Shown: one piece after another, positions 1-8,371 of the stretch
Position numbering within the stretch: position 1 is the first letter of the stretch
Layout: each line of letters starts with the position of its first letter
Source: Rhizaria sp. SCN 62-66
Lineage: Eukaryota
DNA length: 20,000 bases
NCBI GenBank assembly: GCA_001724265.1
Contig: MEDY01000111.1
Span: 56,071 to 76,070, forward strand
Direction of reading: 5' to 3'
Program-made: the position numbers and the translations under genes
The notes under the pieces: model-generated
Databases searched by the model: none
Seen by the model: only the letters and a program-made list of their open reading frames with translations
Told to the model about the DNA's origin: nothing

Positions 1-345
1 ACGTCGCCCGTGATCGCGTACTTCTGGGACGTTGTGCTGACGCGCTTCGACGACGACGACCGGCTCAAGCTGTGGCGTTTTATCACCGGAACCGGCAGGC
101 TGAGCTCCGACTCGGGCAGCGAGGAGTCGGAGCCGTTCGTGATCAAGGGTCCCGAGGGCCGACCTGCAAGTGAGTTGCCCGACGAGCAGATGCCCTCAGC
201 GTCGACGTGCTCACTCACGCTCGTGCTTCCCGCCTACACATCCGCTGATGTGCTCGAGAAGAAGCTGCGGTTTGCAATCGAGAGCTGCGTCGAAATCGAT
301 GCTGACTTTAACGTTGACGCGCCTACCGTTGCACCCACGCTTTAA
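1..345 (+). CDS. C-terminal lobe of a HECT-type E3 ubiquitin ligase (5'-partial); HERC1/HERC2-like CxxIDxD tail
   Basis: Frame +1 is open from base 1: SPVIAYFWDVV..F...RLKLWRFITGTGRL...MPSASTCSLTLVLPAYTSADVLEKKLRFAIESCVEIDADF. This matches the HECT pattern (WFW / FVTG..RL / LP.A.TC...L.LP.Y.S...L..KL..AI). Catalytic Cys codon at 208-210, TAA at 343-345. Confidence 0.93.
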   Translation, partial: TSPVIAYFWDVVLTRFDDDDRLKLWRFITGTGRLSSDSGSEESEPFVIKGPEGRPASELPDEQMPSASTCSLTLVLPAYTSADVLEKKLRFAIESCVEIDADFNVDAPTVAPTL

Positions 346-1479
346 AGTCGTCTTAGTGTGCAGATCAAGCAAGAATTCGATTGAGATATACTCAGAAGTT
401 GTCTCTTGGACGCTTTGTTTTTTTTGTGGTGGAGATGAGGTATGAAATGTTTAATGAATGTTTTATGTGTCAAGAACGCACATCATCAGTGAAAGAACAA
501 TGATATGTTATTTAAAAGTGGATTTTTTAATGAAATATTTGTGACTGTTTTGAAAAAGTATACAAATGATGTTTATATTGGAACAAACAGTTCGCTTCAA
601 GTCAGGCCTTTACCGACACTAATTCATAGATCTCGGCAATAATAATCTGGAAATGTAGGATAGAAGTCGTGGTACATGCTGCATATACTAGAAACGTAGC
701 AAGACCGAGTAAAATCTAGAGACATTAAGTGTCTCTTCTGCTGGATATTGTTCGAAATAGGTCCAAATCCAGATGTTCAGGTCTAGCATCAGCAACAAAG
801 TGGTGAACTTCTTAGCCAATTATGATAATAGAGACACATGAATGAATTAAATCAATAGAATGTATCTTTGATAGTCGGAAAAGTGTATTTTCAAATTGAA
901 AAAGTAGTTTTTTACAGTGGAAAGAGAAGCGGAAGAATCGGCGCGTGCTCCTGGGATCGGCCCTTAGACGGAGGACCGTGAGCACGAGGTTGGGTTGGTT
1001 TGAACCTCAAAGTTTAGCCGTGTCTCGGTCTGATGGTTGTGGAAACGCCAAAAAAAGGCAGCTATGTGGTCAAAATGATCTTGATAGCGGCTGATGTTGC
1101 GTGATTTAGCACTTATGTGGTGTGTTTGGCTTTTCTTGAACACGTAGCGGCTACTGTGTCGACGGGCAACGTGCTATGGTCGTCGTAAGCAGAGTGAAGA
1201 TCCCTCACTCTGTGCCAGCCACACACCGTTCATTCCGCTCGTTCAGGGCGATACAGCGCTTGAAATAGCACAAATTGGAATGAATGATATGAGCTGCACC
1301 CTGGCATTGCTAATGTTCGTGCTCACAACGCGTGTTGTGCGCAAACTTGCGCTCCCTTGTAGCTTTGAGCAAAGTCAAAGTTGACTTGTGGTTTCCCTCG
1401 GTCCTGCTTTGAGCACGCGCTGCTTTGGAGCCATTGCGTGCCTCTATCTAGCCAACCCACCCCTCTCAAGTGGGTCAAT

Positions 1480-1727
1480 CTTGTTTCTTCGCCACTGATT
1501 ATTACTTCCTTGCTTGCTGTCATCTCACACACCTGCTTCTTTCTCCTTCTATTTGCCTCCTTTTGTTTTCCTTCACCCCTCGCTCTCTCTTCGGTGCGCG
1601 CCCTCCCCTCTCCCTCTCTCTCCTTCCACACACTCCACTCGCATTTGCTTCTCGCAACGGCTGCTTTCTTCTCTTGGCACAACCAATCAATGTTTTGTCA
1701 TTCTTTGCTTGTTTTCCCCTACAACAG
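1480..1727 (+). promoter_or_regulatory. Long pyrimidine-rich tract ending in a candidate 3' splice acceptor (ACAACAG) 5 nt before the Rac ATG; probable 5'-UTR intron end
   Basis: C/T-rich stretch, then ...gttttcccctacaaCAG|gcccaATG. Donor not fixed; candidates are G|GTGCGC at 1594 and GTAAGC at 1185. Confidence 0.5.
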
Positions 1728-1732
1728 GCCCA

Positions 1733-2311
1733 ATGCAGAACATCAAGTGCGTTGTCGTTGGTGATGGTGCCGTCGGTAAGACGTGCCTCCTCATTTCGTA
1801 CACCAACAACGCGTTCCCCAACGAGTACATCCCCACCGTCTTCGACAACTACTCTGCGAACGTCATGGTTGATGGCAAGCCCGTGAACCTCGGCCTTTGG
1901 GATACCGCCGGCCAGGAGGACTACGACCGTCTCCGCCCCCTGTCGTACCCCCAGACTGACGTCTTCCTTGTCTGCTTCTCGATCGTGTCCCCCCACTCGT
2001 TCGACAACGTCAAGACTAAGTGGTTCCCCGAGATTAAGCACCACGCCCCCAACGTGCCCATGATCCTCGTCGGCACCAAGGCCGACCTCCGCGGCGACAG
2101 CGCCATGGTCCAGCAGCTCGCTGCCAAGGGCCTCCAGATGGTCACCCGCGACCTCGCCGAGGCCCGCGTCCGCGAGATCGGCGCCCGCTGCTACATGGAG
2201 TGCTCCGCCCTCACCCAGGAGGGCCTCAAGAACGTCTTCGATGAGGCGATCCGTGCCGCGCTCACCAAGCCCCCCTCCCGCAAGAAGGCCAAGAAGTGCA
2301 TTGTTATGTAA
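1733..2311 (+). CDS. rac1: Rac1-like Rho-family small GTPase, 192 aa, intronless CDS
   Basis: [24 protein letters not shown] (P-loop), YIPTVFDNY (switch I), [24 protein letters not shown] (switch II, with Rac-type W56), GTKADLR, Rho insert helix, ECSALTQ, polybasic RKKAKK and CAAX CIVM. The true start is the ATG at 1733, not the ORF-track start at 1514. Confidence 0.97.
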   Translation: MQNIKCVVVGDGAVGKTCLLISYTNNAFPNEYIPTVFDNYSANVMVDGKPVNLGLWDTAGQEDYDRLRPLSYPQTDVFLVCFSIVSPHSFDNVKTKWFPEIKHHAPNVPMILVGTKADLRGDSAMVQQLAAKGLQMVTRDLAEARVREIGARCYMECSALTQEGLKNVFDEAIRAALTKPPSRKKAKKCIVM

Positions 2312-3164
2312 AGTGCTCCAGCTCGATCCTTATCAATGATCTCGAGCCGCAGCTTTTGCGTACCTCTCGTCACGTCGTCGCGCCAGTCACATGTAACAAA
2401 CTTGATGACTGATAGACAACGATGACAAACCACACTTGTTGGTTGCTGGGACATCCCCGTTCATGAGTCCTTGTTGCACTGTCTGTCACGCGTATTGCCA
2501 CGCGTTTGATACTGTAGCAGCTGCAACAACAACGGCAGAGTAAAGAAACAAGGGACAGATCGACAGCTGTAGTGATGATCTGAGCTGACCGACAAACCCA
2601 GTGTGAACAGTCGGTCTCGCCCATCAGTCTGTCAAGTCGTCGCTCTGATGGAGAGCAAAAGACGGATCCAACGCGGTCCGCTCTTTTCCTCTCTCTCTCG
2701 TCCTTGTCTGTCTTTCATCCCTTCTCTTTTCGTCGCTTTCCTCCATCCACTTTTTCAAAACATAGCCCATCGCACCTCTTAGGGTGCGGCTTAACTTTTC
2801 TTTTCGTCTTCGTTTTCTTTGTGTAAATACACTGTTATGATGTATATTCAAATACGACCTGGTATACCGAGTGTAGTACATGTACTATCTTGTATTGTAA
2901 AATTGAACTGGAAACAGAAAGGTAAGGCTGAGTGCCCGCACCCAAGCCTGACCTGACCTTATGATAAAACATTGAAATTGACCAGTTAGTGATATCACCC
3001 CAGAAATGAGCAATAATATCGCCCTAATAAAAAAAAACCCTAATAAAAAACTAAAAACCATAAACACGCCGCATCAAACAGAGCCACGCGTACTGCCGCG
3101 CGTACGGCCAAACGTAGCTGTCTGCTTTGCGTCACTTCACCTCACTTCACCTCACTTGGCCCCC

Positions 3165-6100
3165 TCACTTGGTGTAGAGCCCATCCATTGCGACGTCGTA
3201 CTTCTTGAGCCCGTTCTTGGTAAGCACCCAGACGAGGCGGCGCTCGGCGGCCGTCACCAGCACGCCCGCCGCCTCCTGTTGCGCGCTCTCAGTCACCTTT
3301 CCGGAGCTCTTGTAGCCGTCGTCGCCCTTGTCCTTCTTCTCCTTCTTCTCCTTCTTGTCCGCCTTGTCGCCCTTGCTCTTGTCGTCGACGATAGACACGA
3401 GCGGCGGCGTGTGGCCCATCACGCCCGCGTTGGACACGGCCTCGATGGTGCGCCGCACGGGTGCCAGCTCGCGCCGCATTGCCTCGGGGAACACGCACGC
3501 CGTGGCCGCCTTGCGGTGGCGGGCGCCGCGGACCACCCACAGCGTGCCCGCCGCCGTGCGCGACTGCCCGGCCACAATCTCCGCCTCGCCCTGGGCGGCG
3601 ACGTGCGCGGCCTCGGTCGCCGTGCGCACGGCGCTCGAGATGGCGACTGCGGCCCGGAGATCGGGGTTGTTGCCCGCGGCAGCCTCGCTGGCGACTCCGG
3701 CCGCGGCGGCGTTGATTGCAGCGATGCTGTTGTGCACCTGCGCCGCGGTCGGCGGGCGGTACCAGTGCTCGGGACGGCGCACGATGGCCTCGATCGCGAC
3801 GTACCCGCCGGCGGCAGCGGCGGCGGCGGCGGCGGCGGCGGCCTCGGGCACGCTCTTGCCGGCGCCAGCGCCCGCGGTGTCGGTCGGCGACACGTTCCAC
3901 CAGGAGCTCTTGCTGCCGCCAGCGTAGGTGTACATGCACAGCGGGTTGCGCTGCTCGGCGCGGTCCCACCACACGAGCGGCGGCGCGGCCGGGTCAGACT
4001 GCGTCGACAGCCCGGCGTAGGCGTCGCGCGGCCCCACGCGCAGCCACATCTGGCGCGCGTGGGGCGCCACGTTGGCCATGAACTCGCGATACGTCGTGCG
4101 CTCGGCCGGCACCACGTCGTCGTGGCGCCAGAACAGCGGCTTGTCGGCCAGCTCATCCGCAGTCGCAGCTGAGGCTCCAGTAGCGACAGAGGCGCCGTCA
4201 GCGCCGGCGGACTCGGGCGCAGGCGCAGGCGCAGACTCGGTCGCAGACTCGGGCGCAGACTCGGGCGCAGACTCGGGCGCAGAGAGAGAGCTTGAGACCG
4301 CAGAGGCGGCGGCCTCAGACTTGGCCTTGGCAGCAGCGGCGGCGACGGGCGCAGCAGAAATGCTGGCGCTGCCGACAGAGCTCGCACCGTCGCCGATGTA
4401 AAAGCTGTTGCCGGTCGCACCGGGGGCGGCGGGGACGGCGGCCTTGCTCGCGCTCAGACTGACGCAGTCGAATGCGCTGCTGTTGGACTCGCCGTCGCTG
4501 ACCTCGCCGTGGTTGTGGTCGAGGTCGTCGAGCGAGAAGTCGGTGAAGTAGCTCTCGGAGAGCAGCGACTTGCCGAGCTTGCCAAACTTGATCGAGCCGG
4601 AGCCGCCGGTGACGGAGCCGCTGAGGAAGGATCCGGTACGCACGGGCCCGGCGACGGGCGAGAGGCCCGTCACGGGCGTCAACGTCGCGGGCGTCGCCGC
4701 GACCGAGACGGCGGCGGAGCAGGCCTGCGAGAGCGCCTCGGACTCGATCATCTCGAAGTCGATCTCTGACTCGCAGTCGCTGCCAGACGTGCTCGCGCCG
4801 GCACCCGCAGCAATGACGCGGGGCGGCTTGCACCCCGTAGCGTCGGAAATGTTGACCACGGAGAATGACACGTCAGACAGCACGGACGACGGCGCGGGCG
4901 CGGACAGCTTCACCGCAGACGCATGCACGTGTGTGGCGCCGCCGGCGGGGCTGACAACGTCGTTCGCGACCGTCGCGCGGCCGTGTCCGCCGCCGACAGC
5001 GGGCGCGTCCACGGCCACAACGCCCGTCGACGCCTTGCCAGCGCTGGTCGCGGCGGCCGCAGCGGCCGCAGCGGCCTTCTTGGCGCGGATGCGGTCCAGG
5101 ACGCTGCCGGCAGCGGTGCCAACGCTCGCGGCGGCCTGGAAGCCCGTGAGCGCGGACTCGGCCAGGACGCGGACGCGCGCGGTGAACTCCTTGCTGCGCA
5201 CGGCGGTCCGCACGCCGTCGTGCTTGGGCAGGCGCTGCTTCCACTCGAAGAGCGTCAGCTCGCCCAGCGCGGCGCGGCGGCGCGCGAGGGCCGCGGTAAG
5301 CCCCAGCTGGTCGATGAGCGCCATCGCAGTCTCCAGCTCCGCCTCGCGCGGGTCGCGCGTCGGGCGTTGGTAGCGGTCGCCGGCCAGCATGCGGTTGATG
5401 ACTTGCACGGCCATGTCGCACGCCTGGATGTGTCGGAGGTTGGTCTTGGTGGTGTACTCGTCCCATGCCTCCGGGCCCGCGTTCTCGTCGGGGCGGACGT
5501 ACTCGCCGTCGGGGTCGTCCGCGTTCGCGGTGTCGAGCATGGAGATGAAGTGCCACGCAAGCGAGGCGCGGAAGCACACCAGCGGCGCGCCGTGCAGCGC
5601 GACCGCGCGGTGCAGCCAGAAAGACCGGCGGCGTGAGGCCTTGAGCAGCTTCTCAGCCGCAGCAGCCGGGTCGCCGGTCATTGCGGTCGCAGCGTCAATG
5701 TCGGCCTGCGTGGTGTTATAGACGACGACGGAGTTGCGCAGGAAGTTCGTGACAGGAATCAACTTCTCGTAGTTCTTGATGCCGGAATTGGGGGCCAGCA
5801 GTGCCACTGCGGTTTCGATGGCGTGGCCGGCAATGGCGGCGCGGGGCCATGCCGCGGCGAACACGGACGCGGTGACGCGCGCTGCGTGGTTATGCTCCAG
5901 GTGGTTCTGCGTGGTGGGGTACACGGGGTTCAACTCGAGCTCCTGGTGGCACAGGCGCGACACGCGCTTCTGGCGCGCGATGCGGTTGGCCTCGATCCCG
6001 GCGTCCGGCGAGCACGTACACCCCATAGCAACGCCGCGGGAAATCTCCGCCACGGCGTCGCACGCGCACGTCACGCGCGGGCGCGGCAGGTGGTTCAGGA

Positions 6101-6812
6101 GGCGAGGGCGCGAGGGCGACGGCGACACCATGAGGTGGTCATACTCGCACTTGTGCGCATCCTTCATGAAGCGCCGGCCCCAGCAGATCGAGCTCCAGTA
6201 GTGCACGCCGGTGACGCGCGGCGCGGACTCGACCACGGTCTGCAGCGCAACAATAAGCGGGCGGAAAGGGTTCTTGTGGTCGCCTTCCGACGCGAGGCGT
6301 GACGCATCGAAGAGAACGGACTGGAATGAGTCTGGGACTGCCATGACGGTCCAGTCCTTGGCGGCTCCGACAGGACTGGCGATATCCTTGTGGTCGGGAA
6401 GTTGCTGGTTTGCGCCGAGAGCAAGGCGCCGCACGGCAACGTCCATCGAAGGAGGCGTGGGAACGTACACGAGCGAGCCGAAGTCGCGGAGGAAACGAAG
6501 GCAGCAGTTACAGCGGTAGATGACGCGGTACTTCTCAGGCATCAGCGACAAAAACAGCTCATCAAGCGGGAGCTGAATGTCGGCCTGGTAAAACTTGCCG
6601 TCAAGCGCGGAATCCACAGCCTTGTCAAGCGTCGCCTGCATCAGCGCGCGGATAGCACCGTAGGACTTGATAGTATTCTTGATGCTGAGGTCTGACTTAG
6701 CCAGCGTGGCGCGGCACTTAGAGAGCGTAGCCTGCACAGCAGGCGAAATGCCCGGAGCCAAAGGGACATCCCACGCGTAATCATCGTTGTTATTGGGAGC
6801 AGCGCCGTCCAT
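3165..6812 (-). CDS. Uncharacterised ~1215-aa protein: N-terminal CxxC domain, helical YQRP region, long Ala/Ser-rich linker and a globular C-terminal domain; resembles a bacterial/phage/fungal hypothetical family
   Basis: 3.6-kb uninterrupted ORF with GC-rich codons and a conserved paralog fragment next to it. First ATG at 6812, 17 nt after a candidate acceptor at 6830, so an upstream exon is possible. Stop TGA at 3165-3167. The family resemblance is from memory of motifs only. Confidence 0.85.
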   Translation of the reverse strand: MDGAAPNNNDDYAWDVPLAPGISPAVQATLSKCRATLAKSDLSIKNTIKSYGAIRALMQATLDKAVDSALDGKFYQADIQLPLDELFLSLMPEKYRVIYRCNCCLRFLRDFGSLVYVPTPPSMDVAVRRLALGANQQLPDHKDIASPVGAAKDWTVMAVPDSFQSVLFDASRLASEGDHKNPFRPLIVALQTVVESAPRVTGVHYWSSICWGRRFMKDAHKCEYDHLMVSPSPSRPRLLNHLPRPRVTCACDAVAEISRGVAMGCTCSPDAGIEANRIARQKRVSRLCHQELELNPVYPTTQNHLEHNHAARVTASVFAAAWPRAAIAGHAIETAVALLAPNSGIKNYEKLIPVTNFLRNSVVVYNTTQADIDAATAMTGDPAAAAEKLLKASRRRSFWLHRAVALHGAPLVCFRASLAWHFISMLDTANADDPDGEYVRPDENAGPEAWDEYTTKTNLRHIQACDMAVQVINRMLAGDRYQRPTRDPREAELETAMALIDQLGLTAALARRRAALGELTLFEWKQRLPKHDGVRTAVRSKEFTARVRVLAESALTGFQAAASVGTAAGSVLDRIRAKKAAAAAAAAATSAGKASTGVVAVDAPAVGGGHGRATVANDVVSPAGGATHVHASAVKLSAPAPSSVLSDVSFSVVNISDATGCKPPRVIAAGAGASTSGSDCESEIDFEMIESEALSQACSAAVSVAATPATLTPVTGLSPVAGPVRTGSFLSGSVTGGSGSIKFGKLGKSLLSESYFTDFSLDDLDHNHGEVSDGESNSSAFDCVSLSASKAAVPAAPGATGNSFYIGDGASSVGSASISAAPVAAAAAKAKSEAAASAVSSSLSAPESAPESAPESATESAPAPAPESAGADGASVATGASAATADELADKPLFWRHDDVVPAERTTYREFMANVAPHARQMWLRVGPRDAYAGLSTQSDPAAPPLVWWDRAEQRNPLCMYTYAGGSKSSWWNVSPTDTAGAGAGKSVPEAAAAAAAAAAAGGYVAIEAIVRRPEHWYRPPTAAQVHNSIAAINAAAAGVASEAAAGNNPDLRAAVAISSAVRTATEAAHVAAQGEAEIVAGQSRTAAGTLWVVRGARHRKAATACVFPEAMRRELAPVRRTIEAVSNAGVMGHTPPLVSIVDDKSKGDKADKKEKKEKKDKGDDGYKSSGKVTESAQQEAAGVLVTAAERRLVWVLTKNGLKKYDVAMDGLYTK
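4207..4283 (-). repeat. Coding 12-bp minisatellite (APES repeats)
   Basis: Four tandem GCAGACTCGG(G/T)C units at 4231-4278 plus a diverged unit at 4207-4218, encoding SAPESAPESAPESATESAPAPAPES. Confidence 0.85.
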
Positions 6813-6829
6813 GAGAGCGGCCGTGTCCA

Positions 6830-6882
6830 CTAGAGTTCGCAAAGCAAATGAGGATACGACAAGGCAAAGGTTAAGTTGTCAG
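6830..6882 (-). promoter_or_regulatory. Candidate 3' splice acceptor upstream of the 1215-aa gene
   Basis: Minus strand: CTGAC branch-like motif (6882-6878), pyrimidine-rich tract, then ctcTAG ending at 6830 and tggacacggccgctctcATG. Confidence 0.45.
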
Positions 6883-7263
6883 ATTGCGGTAGTGCGAGTT
6901 CGACCACATGAACAGCGGTTTCCCAAAATAACTTTAAAGTTTCAAGCGTTCAAGTGTGTTTAAAACTTCATCATGCATATTCCCACCGTCTTCATACGGG
7001 AGTTGAGTCTGTTTATCTCATTTTACTTGAGCCCATGGCATGACCAAAGTCGGCCTGAGGTTACAGTTTGGATTTGTGGTGGCGGTGACAGATGTGCTTC
7101 TTGTTTGTGGTGAGACACAATTCGTCGAAGGACGCAATAAAACCGAACTGAGCGCAGTTCAAACTCACGTAAAACGTTTTTAAAGTCAAGAAAAAGGAGT
7201 AAACATATGTATGATTGGAGGATTCTTCGATTTCTGCCAGTATAACTGTCATATCTCGTGCGA

Positions 7264-7969
7264 TCAGCTCTCGGGGTTGTGCGCGACAATAGCGCGGTTG
7301 ATGAATTCGGTGGCGCGATCCAACGCCGTGAACTCGCGCGCGGTCACCATGGCGCGGTGCTTTTCCTGGGTTTCCAGGTTGGCATTGTCGGGCGGCGGGA
7401 CGAACTCGCCGTCGGGATCGGCCTCGTGTTCAATATCAAGCAGCAAGATGAAACGCCACGCCAGCGGGTTGCGGAAGCGCATCACTGGGGCGCCAAGCAG
7501 CGCCGCTGCACGGTGCATCCAGAAGGTTCGACGGCGCAACGCCTTAAGCAGCTTCTCCGCCGCAGCAGTCGGGTTGTTAGTCATCGCGTTCGCGGTGTCA
7601 ATCTCAGCCTGCGTCCTGTTGTAGACGGTGATGGAGTTCCGCAAGAAACGCACGACAGGTAGCAGCGTCTCGTAGTTCTGGACGCCGCAGTGCGGGGACA
7701 GCAGGGTTAGCGCCCGGTCCACCGCGGGGCCGAGGCTGGTAATGCGAGGCCACGCCGCGGTGAAGTATGCAGCGGCGGCACGTGCGTCGCGGTTGCACGC
7801 CTCGGAGTTATGCGGGCCGCTGCTTCAACTCCCGCTGGCACAGACGCAGCACGCGGTCCTGTCGCGCGGCGTGGCCGACGTGTTTGGTCGCGGCGGCCGT
7901 GGACGCGCATGTGCAGTCGAGCGCGACGCCTCGGGCGATCTCGGCCACGGCGCCGCACGCGCACGTCAC
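7264..7969 (-). pseudogene. Truncated, frameshifted paralog of the central region of the 3165-6812 gene
   Basis: VTCACGAVAEIARGVALDCTC...RQDRVLRLCQRELKQRPA* (TAA at 7810-7808) aligns to VTCACDAVAEISRGVAMGCTC...RQKRVSRLCHQELELNPVY. Homology resumes in another frame (HNSEACNRDARAAAAYFTAAWPR...NYE...AAAEKLLKA.RRR.FW...DPDGE...INR) and stops at 7266-7264. Corresponds to 5391-6074 of the intact gene. Confidence 0.85.
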
Positions 7970-8371
7970 TGAGAAGAAACGAGATATAACAGCATGAGAA
8001 GCTCATGAAATGCGAGTATAGCACTTGATACGTTCGAAGGGTACAAGTACATATGTGTATGGTGAATGAACTTTAAACCTAGTACGCGAACTAACTTAAA
8101 TTATGAGAAGGATAAGCGTGTGACAGACTTGTAACTCACTGGTGTTAACAGAGTCTGACATAAAAAGAAAACAAAACAGAAACAAACTCGAATACTAGGA
8201 ATTAACAGTCAAAGCAAATTGCTCACAGTCCAAGAATCTCCACAATACAGTAACAAAAAAGAGGTATTTTCACAAATGAATCAAGGCACAATAAAAACAA
8301 ACGAACTCGCAAGTTCTACTCTTGGGTCTCCCTGTGCGTCACACGCTCAGAGAGACAGCAGGGAAGTGAGT

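Noticed and set aside
1514-1732. 73-aa N-terminal extension of Rac in the ORF track
   Set aside because: Non-ATG start running through a pyrimidine tract with an acceptor-like end; the canonical MQxIKCVVVG start is at 1733.
2400-2590. TGATGA and CTGA boxes suggesting a C/D snoRNA
   Set aside because: Box spacing is wrong and no terminal stem is evident; consistent with ordinary Rac 3' UTR.
3020-3066. AACCCTAA-like telomeric seed
   Set aside because: Only one or two degenerate units within an A-rich stretch (T-rich 3' UTR of the minus-strand gene); not an array.
3006-6695. Many long antisense and alternate-frame ORFs over the 1215-aa gene
   Set aside because: Shadow ORFs expected from high GC content; Arg/Pro/Ala-rich with no recognisable motifs.
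7264-7722. 152-aa ORF as an independent gene
   Set aside because: GTG start in the middle of homologous sequence that continues upstream across a frameshift; best read as part of the pseudogene.
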